DNA from: Candidatus Thorarchaeota archaeon | Lineage (GTDB): Archaea > Asgardarchaeota > Thorarchaeia > Thorarchaeales > Thorarchaeaceae | Direction: 5' to 3' | Assembly (NCBI GenBank): GCA_003345595.1 | Contig: PRDI01000114.1 | Span: 1-35,933 of the forward strand | Length of the DNA stretch: 35,933 nucleotides | Shown here: in pieces, positions 1 through 7,781 of the stretch | Numbering within the stretch: position 1 is the first letter of the stretch | Layout of the letters: every line of letters begins with the position of its first letter | Notes under the pieces: generated by a model | What the model was told of the DNA's origin: nothing | What the model saw: the letters and a program-made list of their open reading frames with translations, nothing else | Databases searched by the model: none | Program-made: the position numbers and the translations under genes

Positions 1-61
1 AAATACTGCCACAGACCGAGCCAGTCGTGAACCTGTCTACTGGACCACCGTTGATACTCAT
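1..61 (-). CDS. Possible 5' end of a gene running off the window (MSINGGPVDRFTTGSVCGSI...)
   Basis: ATG at 61-59 is preceded by AGGAGG 9 nt upstream, and the frame is open to the window edge. Too short to identify. Confidence 0.3.
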   Translation of the reverse strand, partial: MSINGGPVDRFTTGSVCGSI

Positions 62-169
62 GGCTCTAAGCCTCCTAGCGATGCAGTACTCCCTCACATC
101 CATCTACGTTCAGCACTATGACGCCGAGAGAACCGCCATAACTCATATCGTACCCGGAGAGGGCATGAT

Positions 170-868
170 ATGAATCCTCATCAGGAAAAGCAGCTTGCAT
201 GGAGCCCTGTCGGAATCGATGGGAAGCTACATGCACTGCTGGACACTGTCAGAACGACAAAAGCCCGCACGCCGCGGAACAACACCCGACTTTTGGGAAA
301 GATTGACCGCTGGATACTCGGGCTGGACAGCATAGCTTCCTCGTTGTCCAAGATTCACGAGTCACTGGCACCAAGGCTCGAAGGAGCACTTGGACTCCCC
401 ATCGCTGGGAACGAGCTGCTCTCCGTCGCGATGTTTCAGCCGAGCACAAGGAACCTATTCCTTGAGATTGAGATTCACTATCGAGGCACCGCAGATGAGT
501 CCGTCAAGCCAGAAGCATTCACTGATCTTGCGTCCCTGAGTGATATGGCTAAAGTTCTTGCACTGGTAGGTGACGCGGCCATATCTATGGCTGTGCTTCA
601 CCATCTATGGCGGCCAAGTTTCTCCAATGCAGGGCTTCTAACTCAACGCAGAGCGGAGCTTGTGAGCAACGAGCATCTTGCATGGCTGTGCGATCAGTGG
701 GGGCTCTATGAGCATCGAATTCACTTTGATCCACCCAGCTCTGCGAGGTCGGAAATGGATCACATCAAGGGAACGCTCCTTGAGTCAGTGTACGGTATCA
801 TCTATGTTGAGTTCGGACTGAACGAGGTCAAGAAACTGATACATTATCTGGAGACTCCACCTGTATGA
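170..868 (+). CDS. Ribonuclease III domain protein without dsRBD (Mini-III-like active-site motifs)
   Basis: LEGALGLPIAGNELLSVAMFQPS resembles the RNase III N-terminal LEERLGYxFxxxELLxxALTHxS. KVLALVGDAAI matches the signature (ERLEFLGDA / Mini-III LAYIGDA). LTQRRAELVSNEHLA and GTLLESVYGIIYVEFG give the second catalytic Glu motif. Confidence 0.8.
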   Translation: MNPHQEKQLAWSPVGIDGKLHALLDTVRTTKARTPRNNTRLLGKIDRWILGLDSIASSLSKIHESLAPRLEGALGLPIAGNELLSVAMFQPSTRNLFLEIEIHYRGTADESVKPEAFTDLASLSDMAKVLALVGDAAISMAVLHHLWRPSFSNAGLLTQRRAELVSNEHLAWLCDQWGLYEHRIHFDPPSSARSEMDHIKGTLLESVYGIIYVEFGLNEVKKLIHYLETPPV

Positions 869-915
869 GTGTGCACCTCGACCCAAGGTGGCAATCCTGG
901 GCTCAAGTCTTAAGT

Positions 916-2484
916 CTAGCACTCAGTCATGTCGAAGTCTGTCTGCGATTCTCTTGCCTTGGCAACCGCTGGAAACTCCTTCTCGAACCGCTTCCGAACA
1001 CTGTCTGCGATGTCTGGATCCGAGTAGACCCTCACAGAGGGTATCGTGAACCGCTGCTGACTCAGCGCCTGCACAAGCGGCTTTCCTTCATCGGCGTCCT
1101 TCAGGCTCACAATTTCAAGTTTCGAGTCCTCGCCACCTATGAGTAGTGGGATTGTGGACAGGAATCTAAAACCAAGCTCCGGGTTGACGATGTCTATGAT
1201 TGCCTTGCCCGGGATGTCATTCAGTTGGAGTTCGGCCTCAAGCAGTTTGTTGATGTCGACCTGCATCTCCTGCAGCCGCTTTCTAGAGCCCGCCTCAAAC
1301 GCGGCGATAGGCCGTGATATTGCCACCTTGAACAGCCGTCGGTACCTAATCCTTGCAGCATACTCACGGACAAAATCTGTCTTTGACTCTGCGAGCCAAC
1401 GATAGAGGTCCCCGTCCGTCATTCTGGTGAATAGGCCGATGCACTCATTCTTGGTTAGGGCTTCTTCCTTCATTCTAAAGTAGGTGGCCTTTGACGTGAG
1501 TGCCTCGGCAACCCTCACCGCGTGGTGCAGATACAAATCCGAGAACATCCAGTTACGACTTAGAATCAACGCCTCAAGAGAATGGAGCGCTTTCAGCATG
1601 AAGGCCCTGATGTATCGACCTTCTGAGTCCTTTACGACACGGTTTGTCAACATCACACGTTCAGCGGGGAACACTCCGAGCTGGACACCACTGAAATGCG
1701 CATCACGAATCAGGTAGTCCGTCTTGTCCAAGTCCAGAGGAGAATCCAAGAAGTCTGAAAGGAGCTGCAGGATTGGGTCAGTTGACCTCCGTTTCAGAAC
1801 GTCAACGACCACCTTTGGCTCAATGCCGCTTGCCTCCAAGATCTCGGTCAAGCCGCTATGCATGATGAGAAACTGGCCCAAGTCCGTATGGCTCAGCCCG
1901 GCCCAGCACTTGATGGGAAACTCAATCGTATGAGAAGTCGGCGGATGCCCCACATCATGCAGTAAGGCGGCTGCTCTGAAGATCTTCTGTTGATAGTCAT
2001 TGAGCAGTTCCGAAAAAGGCTTGAAGCAAGCGTGGCCAGGGTCATCACAGTAGTTGACGACACGGATGCATTTCTGGACCAAGTGATCTGTTCCTAGGCA
2101 GTGCTCAAACCTAGTATGCGTTGCACCGGGATAGACTATGTGTGCAGGGCCCAGCTGCTTGACAAACCGGAGCCTGAGCATCTCCCAACTGGATACAAGG
2201 TCGAGCTCCCAAGGGTCGAGGAGTATTGCGCCATGAACAGGGTCTTGAATCGCCTTCTGACGCGTGTGCCTGTCACCAATAGCCACCAGACGCGCATGTT
2301 CTGCGAGCATCCCATTGACTCTTCGCCATGTTTCATCCTTCTTCTGACTGGCACGAGCAAGTTCAGACTCACGCATCCCGGTCAAACGAATGAGTCGTAC
2401 CATCTCCGTGTCCACATTATCGTACACGGATGCCTCGTTCTCGGAGCATCTCCTCTTGTTCGCGAGCATGGACCTGAAACCCAC
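916..2484 (-). CDS. HD-domain phosphohydrolase, SAMHD1/COG1078-like (putative dNTP triphosphohydrolase)
   Basis: Motifs DPVHG, RLRFVKQLG, VYPGATHTRFEHCLG, ALLHDVGHPPTSH, DLDKTDYLIRD and LYLHHAVRVAE. About 75 aa N-terminal extension; start codon uncertain. Confidence 0.9.
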   Translation of the reverse strand: MGFRSMLANKRRCSENEASVYDNVDTEMVRLIRLTGMRESELARASQKKDETWRRVNGMLAEHARLVAIGDRHTRQKAIQDPVHGAILLDPWELDLVSSWEMLRLRFVKQLGPAHIVYPGATHTRFEHCLGTDHLVQKCIRVVNYCDDPGHACFKPFSELLNDYQQKIFRAAALLHDVGHPPTSHTIEFPIKCWAGLSHTDLGQFLIMHSGLTEILEASGIEPKVVVDVLKRRSTDPILQLLSDFLDSPLDLDKTDYLIRDAHFSGVQLGVFPAERVMLTNRVVKDSEGRYIRAFMLKALHSLEALILSRNWMFSDLYLHHAVRVAEALTSKATYFRMKEEALTKNECIGLFTRMTDGDLYRWLAESKTDFVREYAARIRYRRLFKVAISRPIAAFEAGSRKRLQEMQVDINKLLEAELQLNDIPGKAIIDIVNPELGFRFLSTIPLLIGGEDSKLEIVSLKDADEGKPLVQALSQQRFTIPSVRVYSDPDIADSVRKRFEKEFPAVAKARESQTDFDMTEC

Positions 2485-2507
2485 TCGCGCTATGATTTCA
2501 TGACTAC

Positions 2508-3092
2508 TTAAGGAGTGATGGAGCGAGGCCGGCCTGTGCCTGGTCGGAGTGCCCGAGAGAGTTTGACTCTCTCACGCGCAATAATGTACTGGAGAGGATT
2601 GGCGTTGTTGTCCGGAATGTGACGACAGTACTCGTCTGGTACACAATACCCCCATTGAGCCATCATCCGGCAGGACGAGGCTCTCCGCCTCCTGTAGAAA
2701 GGCGCCTCGATTAGGTCCGCGCTGGTAAGAAAGCTGGCAACTGTTCTGATGCTGTTCTTCCGAAGTGCAAGTCTGATGCAGGGAGGAGACCGGTCATCAA
2801 CAACAGCTTTGGCCTTTGAGAAAAGATGCGACCAAAGCAGACAGTTCTTTGCCTTATACAGTGACTCGCATCTGTCACAGTATCCTCCATGGATCGACAC
2901 TCGACAGAGATCGTTTCTCGTGTCCTTGGTCAACCCTGACTGCTTTAGAAGATGGAACTTGACTTCCGCAAACCACTCAGGTGTAAATGACCGGAAGTCA
3001 TCTATGAACGAGTGCAGCTCTCTTGCCACCCCCTCAGGGCTTTCATTCCAATCGCTGTAACTCAGAAACCTGGGAGCCTCCTGCTCGTTCAT
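2508..3092 (-). CDS. Small Cys-rich protein with a PriL C-terminal [4Fe-4S]-like motif
   Basis: PPCIRLALRK...VASFL...SSCRMMAQWGYCVPDEYCRHI...NPLQY resembles the archaeal PriL CTD (PPCxxxxL..., C...CxPDxxCxxIxNPLxY). GGAG lies upstream of the ATG, and the gap to the HD gene is 23 nt. Confidence 0.65.
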   Translation of the reverse strand: MNEQEAPRFLSYSDWNESPEGVARELHSFIDDFRSFTPEWFAEVKFHLLKQSGLTKDTRNDLCRVSIHGGYCDRCESLYKAKNCLLWSHLFSKAKAVVDDRSPPCIRLALRKNSIRTVASFLTSADLIEAPFYRRRRASSCRMMAQWGYCVPDEYCRHIPDNNANPLQYIIARERVKLSRALRPGTGRPRSITP

Positions 3093-3264
3093 ATCGGACT
3101 CCAGTTATTGTAGTCAACTCTCTGTCTTAAGCTCATCAGTTGACACATGGATTCCCAATGACCAACTGGCAGGTTCCACTGATGCTCATTGGAACAAGTC
3201 TTAAATGATGTCACTGCCCTTCACCCATTCTACCGCAGCCCGCAGCCTGAGAGGTTGTCACCAG

Positions 3265-4272
3265 ATGAATCTCGGGGTGATTTCAGACTTCATATTCAAG
3301 GAGGCCATAACGTCCTTGGAGGTGGCAACCATCGATGACAGTGACCGATGCAATCTTGTACTCTCTACAATAGAAGGAGACGTAAGGATACTGAAACTTG
3401 AGTCAGGTAAGAAGATGAAGCTGACCCAGGTGGCAAAGGCAAGTGGTCTTCCTCCTGTTCTAACCCTCGCAATCGGCAGTGTCATGGGCGGCGATATGCC
3501 AGACCTTGTCGTTGGAGGCCTCGACAACACCATTCGTGTTATTTCCCTCTCGGACGGGAGTCTTACGGTCAAGGACACCACTCAGCTGGGTACGCTTCCG
3601 ACAGCAGTCTGTGTGACGAATGTCGTTGGTGATGAGGCTTCAGAAATCGTTGTTGCGACTAATGATCGAGCACTGAGATGCTACGGCTGGTTTGATGTAT
3701 GCTTGGACAAACTGGCTCACAAGGTTGTGGACAGACCTGTATTCTCAATGCAGCCTCTGAGAAGCAAGGATTTGCCATATAGTAGATTGGTTTTCGGGGA
3801 CGACTCAGGCCATCTGTATGTCTATCAGTATGCTGACGACAGACTTCATGAAATATCGAGAATGGGTCTTGGCGGGGACGTACATCTAGTGGCAACCGGA
3901 AACATCACGGGCGGCAGGAGTGACAATATCATCACTGTTTCTGATGGCGTCAACCTCAGTCTGCTTGCGATTGGCCAAAATGGTCTAGAGGTTCGTGCCG
4001 GTATGAAGGCCCCTTCACCTATTACTTCAGTGAGAATAGGCCGACTCCACAAGGACTCTGAGCAGGCACACATCATGGTAGGTCTGGGCGACTCCACAGT
4101 GATTCTTCTGTCTTATGACGGGCATCAACTTGTTCAGGACGCATCGATCAAGACGAATAAGAAGAGGTCTGCCGAGTCTCTGGCGGCGTTTGGCGATTTG
4201 AACGGAGATGGTGAAGCCGAGATCGTGCAGGCTGTAGGCAACACCATCAGCTTGATCACTGCGACGAAGTAG
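3265..4272 (+). CDS. Seven-bladed beta-propeller with FG-GAP-like repeats (ITFG2/BBS2-like), no signal peptide
   Basis: Seven ~45-50 aa repeats, for example LAIGSVMGGDMPDLVVGGLDNTIRV, VCVTNVVGDEASEIVVATNDRALRCY and AAFGDLNGDGEAEIVQA. ATG at 3265 follows GAGG; the ORF track start at 3205 overlaps the TATA-like box. Confidence 0.8.
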   Translation: MNLGVISDFIFKEAITSLEVATIDDSDRCNLVLSTIEGDVRILKLESGKKMKLTQVAKASGLPPVLTLAIGSVMGGDMPDLVVGGLDNTIRVISLSDGSLTVKDTTQLGTLPTAVCVTNVVGDEASEIVVATNDRALRCYGWFDVCLDKLAHKVVDRPVFSMQPLRSKDLPYSRLVFGDDSGHLYVYQYADDRLHEISRMGLGGDVHLVATGNITGGRSDNIITVSDGVNLSLLAIGQNGLEVRAGMKAPSPITSVRIGRLHKDSEQAHIMVGLGDSTVILLSYDGHQLVQDASIKTNKKRSAESLAAFGDLNGDGEAEIVQAVGNTISLITATK

Positions 4273-4279
4273 AAGCCGC

Positions 4280-4696
4280 CTAGGCAATCTTCGGCATAAA
4301 CAGCTCATTCGGCTGGAGAACTCTTACCGACTTGAGGGGGACCTTCGCCTGAATCCTAGGGACAAACTCGCGTTCAATCCATCCTTTCACAGCAGCCCGT
4401 GCGGCGTCTATGGTTGGGCCCTCAGAGTTGATGTCAACCCTGATGAAGAGGTTGTAGGGTTCACGCGGTGTCACGTCCTTCTTTATCATGGCCCAGAACT
4501 CTCTCGAACCCACTGGTATGACCGCTCGTCCCAGAATCTCTGACCATTGCCGACCTTCAAGCTTTCTCGAAACAATCGCTAAGTCCTTGAGTTCCTTTAT
4601 CTCTTGGAGCGCTTCTAGAACCTTCTTGCCGTCTGAAGCAGGATCGGGTTTCTCAAACTCCGCAACGAGATAATGATCTGCCCTAAAGATGGTCAT
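4280..4696 (-). CDS. Hypothetical protein (~138 aa, alpha/beta)
   Basis: Protein-like composition from MTIFRADH. A TATA-like CTTAAG lies upstream, and the gene converges tightly with the propeller gene. Confidence 0.7.
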   Translation of the reverse strand: MTIFRADHYLVAEFEKPDPASDGKKVLEALQEIKELKDLAIVSRKLEGRQWSEILGRAVIPVGSREFWAMIKKDVTPREPYNLFIRVDINSEGPTIDAARAAVKGWIEREFVPRIQAKVPLKSVRVLQPNELFMPKIA

Positions 4697-4816
4697 TGAG
4701 GCGAGGCTCCTGTGTCGTTCTCGGGAGCCGAGGCGTTGTGCTCGACTCTTAAGCATAATGGTACTCTGCACCCTTGTTGCCCGTGAAAATGGGACGCAGG
4801 ATGGGTGTGGATCAAT

Positions 4817-5413
4817 CTAGCCGTGTATCTCTGACTTATAGTATGAATACCGATACCCAGCAGTGAGAAGCCCAATCAGTGTTGCGGCGAACAAACCCCA
4901 AAGCAGTAGGCCAAAAACAGAGAACACAGATAGAATGAGCAGGCGCTCTGATCTCCCACCGAGCCCGATATCAAGATCCTTTACACCCAAGACGTCTGCT
5001 CTGGACTTAGCATAGCTCGTGAGCAGCCAGCCGGCCAAGCAGACAGCGCTCCAAAGGGGAACGCTCAATCCCAAGAAGTACTCATCAGAGTATGCTACCC
5101 CGATTGCGAGCAGAATCACTGCCTCTGACACCTTGTCGACGAATGAGTCTGTGAAGGCACCCTTGTTTGAAGCAGTGCCGGTCCCTCTGGCCACGGCGCC
5201 ATCGACCCCATCCAAGAATCCGACAGTGAAGACTAGAAGCCCATAGACTAAGGGCATGCGCAAGATCATCAGAAGAAGCCAAGCTAGAACCGCGACGAAT
5301 AGCGACAGATAGGTGATGGTGTCGGGCTGCACACCGGCTCTTATGAAAAATCGCGCAACGAAGAGGACAGGTCTTCTGAAGATGATCCTGACACGAAACC
5401 TACTCGGCGACAT
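4817..5413 (-). CDS. CDP-alcohol phosphatidyltransferase (archaetidylinositol phosphate synthase-like)
   Basis: Signature DGVDGAVARGTGTASNKGAFTDSFVD, plus SYAKSRAD and GLGGRSERL. Multiple TM helices. Overlaps the end of the upstream gene. Confidence 0.9.
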   Translation of the reverse strand: MSPSRFRVRIIFRRPVLFVARFFIRAGVQPDTITYLSLFVAVLAWLLLMILRMPLVYGLLVFTVGFLDGVDGAVARGTGTASNKGAFTDSFVDKVSEAVILLAIGVAYSDEYFLGLSVPLWSAVCLAGWLLTSYAKSRADVLGVKDLDIGLGGRSERLLILSVFSVFGLLLWGLFAATLIGLLTAGYRYSYYKSEIHG

Positions 5414-6461
5414 GATTCGAGCCCATCCCGTAGACGCTCGGTCCAAACACGACCGAGTCTTTAACCTGAGTGTTGTGAGCCAATGACGCCTTGGCAGACA
5501 GCACCGATCTCTCCACCGAACACCGTTCGCCCACTTGAGAACCTGCGTCCATAGTCACGAAGGGACCTATGATGGCATTCTTGCCCACCCGACATCGTGG
5601 TGAAATGAGAACTGGACCCACAATTTCAGCCCCCGCATCCAGCACAATGGTCTGTTTGTGGCGCATTTGCCGTCCGGCAGTAAGGCGTGACCCGTGAGGC
5701 ACCAGCAATTGGCTACCGGAGCCGACGGCCATCTTCTGCAGGAGATAGTGGTTTGCGCTCAACAACGACGAGATGTCGTCAACATCGAACCATTCTTGTT
5801 CTGTCATGACGTAACGTAAAATCAAGCCATCCGAGATCATGCTGTTTATGACAGGCGGGATGCTGGTCACTCCAAGGGACAGCGCGTTTCTGCAGATTTC
5901 ACCAAAGGGCCTGCTGACAGCTAACAGCATGGCACTACAGCCAATCGTTCCGGATGGCAGAATCTGCTCGCCAATTCCAGCAATCTGTCCATTCTCTTGG
6001 GCATAAACAGGTGTACCTGATTCCTTCCAGGGACCCAGTAGCAAAGTCATCGCACGCGAATTGGGCTCGCGAAGGTGGTCCGTCACGGTTCTGGATATTG
6101 ACGCGGGCTCAACGACATAGTCAACCGCGGAAACCACGTAGGCTTCATCCTCTACCTCTGACAATGCAGTCACTAGTGTCTGAAGAGGCCCGCGAGAGTA
6201 GTCTGGGACGTCAACAGTCTGTATTCTGTTGGTACCGGACAAGCTCTCAAGATGCTCTCGGACCATCTCGCCCTTCCAGCCAATGCCGACTGTGAAACTG
6301 GTCACCCCAGCAGCATGGAATGAGGAGATGAGTCTCTCGATTAACGTCTTGCCTGCGGCAGGAAGCATCGCCTTCGGCACTGTGTCGGTGAGAGGCTTCA
6401 TCCTCGTTCCTCTGCCAGCAGCTAATATCACTGCACGGATGGAGATTCCTCCTTTTGACAA
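5400..6461 (-). CDS. Sugar-phosphate nucleotidyltransferase with C-terminal left-handed beta-helix
   Basis: AVILAAGRGTRMKPLTDTVPKAML, WFDVD, and hexapeptide repeats (IVGPVLISPRCRVGKNAIIGPFVTM). Likely TTG start at 6461. Confidence 0.88.
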   Translation of the reverse strand: MSKGGISIRAVILAAGRGTRMKPLTDTVPKAMLPAAGKTLIERLISSFHAAGVTSFTVGIGWKGEMVREHLESLSGTNRIQTVDVPDYSRGPLQTLVTALSEVEDEAYVVSAVDYVVEPASISRTVTDHLREPNSRAMTLLLGPWKESGTPVYAQENGQIAGIGEQILPSGTIGCSAMLLAVSRPFGEICRNALSLGVTSIPPVINSMISDGLILRYVMTEQEWFDVDDISSLLSANHYLLQKMAVGSGSQLLVPHGSRLTAGRQMRHKQTIVLDAGAEIVGPVLISPRCRVGKNAIIGPFVTMDAGSQVGERCSVERSVLSAKASLAHNTQVKDSVVFGPSVYGMGSNHVAE

Positions 6462-6515
6462 GGTGAAGCGCAACGGCCATATGTGTGTTTGCAGCAGTCC
6501 CATCCAGTGACTGGA

Positions 6516-7211
6516 GTGCCGACTGAAACCCTACGACTCGATTCAGCACAGGACATTGACACAGCAGTTCAGAAAGCGGCCTTAATAGTCAAATCCGGAG
6601 GGCTCGTTGTCTATCCCACAGACACAAGCTATGGGTTGGCCTGTGATCCGACACAAGAAGATGCCATGACTAGACTCATTGTCGCAAAGAAACGGGATTC
6701 AGGCCTAGGTGTGCCGCTGTTGTTTTCGGATTTTAGTCAAGTCGAGGCCTATCACAACTTTGGTGAACTCGAAAGGATTCTGGTCAGGCTGTTCTGGCCG
6801 GGTGCGCTCACGCTCGTTGTCACTGCATTACATCCCGTCCTTGCGAAAGTTTCTGGGAAGAGAGACTCCATAGCAGTCAGAGTTCCCGATCACCCTGTTC
6901 CAAGGGCAATCGCTAGGGAGATCAAAGGACCGATCGTGGGAACCAGCGCGAACCTACATGGTGGACCCACCCCGTTTGATGTGGGCGTGGCAATGGAGCA
7001 ACTCGGCAGCACTGTGGACCTGTATATTGACGGCGGTCCGTCAAAAAGCAGACTGAACTCGACAATAATAGGAGTGGAACCCGGTACGCCTGGCAACATC
7101 AAGGTGTATCGAGAGGGAGACATAACGCTTGAGAGGTTGAACGAGATCCTCAAGGTTGATGCAGATGCCGTACGTTTCTGGACGAGGCGAATCGTGTACG
7201 CAGACATGTGA
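6516..7211 (+). CDS. tsaC: L-threonylcarbamoyladenylate synthase (Sua5/TsaC/YrdC domain)
   Basis: VYPTDTSYGL, KKR, FWPGALTLV, AVRVPDHP, GTSAN. No separate SUA5 C-terminal domain. Confidence 0.93.
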   Translation: MPTETLRLDSAQDIDTAVQKAALIVKSGGLVVYPTDTSYGLACDPTQEDAMTRLIVAKKRDSGLGVPLLFSDFSQVEAYHNFGELERILVRLFWPGALTLVVTALHPVLAKVSGKRDSIAVRVPDHPVPRAIAREIKGPIVGTSANLHGGPTPFDVGVAMEQLGSTVDLYIDGGPSKSRLNSTIIGVEPGTPGNIKVYREGDITLERLNEILKVDADAVRFWTRRIVYADM

Positions 7212-7221
7212 GGGATTGTGA

Positions 7222-7755
7222 CTGCAGAGGTTCAACCTACTTGTAGGGTGTCCACGTGAACGGGAACACGCGGCGAGATCTGAAGTGCAATACTTCGTGG
7301 GCGACCTGCTCGATGACCAAGGGCTAGTCATAACTGGCACCCCTGCATCTGGCCTTCTCACCTGTTTCACTACAATCGACCCGTTCCTTGTTGTGCACCG
7401 CCTGTTCAGCTTCGCCCTCGAGAGCCCCTATCAATTCAGGTTTAGCACAAGGTTCACACCTGTCGAATGCTGTGTGCCATCCACTATCGACGACATCATG
7501 GCTGCAACCGAGAGAATGAAGAACAAGATAGGCGAGAGTGAATCGTTCAGAGTAACAGTCAGACACCGACGTACTGCACTTGACAGCATGAGCGTAGTCA
7601 GAAGTGTAGCCGGTCTGATTTCGCAAAGGGTAGACTTGAAGAAGCCTGACAAGACTGTGTGGATTGAGATTGTTGGTGACCTGACAGGAGTTTCTATACT
7701 TGTGCCTGAGAAAGATATCCTGTCAATAGTAGCTTTGCAGGGCTGTAAGCAGTGA
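7222..7755 (+). CDS. THUMP-domain RNA-binding protein (archaeal Tan1-like)
   Basis: SFRVTVRHR and VDLKKPDKTVWIEIVG. The conserved-looking N-terminus FNLLVGCPREREHAARSEV requires a start at CTG 7222, upstream of the tracked GTG at 7285. Confidence 0.85.
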   Translation: MQRFNLLVGCPREREHAARSEVQYFVGDLLDDQGLVITGTPASGLLTCFTTIDPFLVVHRLFSFALESPYQFRFSTRFTPVECCVPSTIDDIMAATERMKNKIGESESFRVTVRHRRTALDSMSVVRSVAGLISQRVDLKKPDKTVWIEIVGDLTGVSILVPEKDILSIVALQGCKQ

Positions 7756-7781
7756 CTGGTCTCCCGTGCTGAAATCCGGGC

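Noticed and set aside
6421-6503. Non-canonical ATC start for the nucleotidyltransferase after GGAGG, or the tracked start at 6503
   Set aside because: An in-frame TTG at 6461 explains the gene. The 6503 start would crowd out the divergent promoter shared with tsaC.
7216-7224. TTG-TGA-CTG read as selenocysteine at codon 2 of the THUMP gene
   Set aside because: No catalytic Cys context and no SECIS recognised. RBS spacing favours a CTG start.
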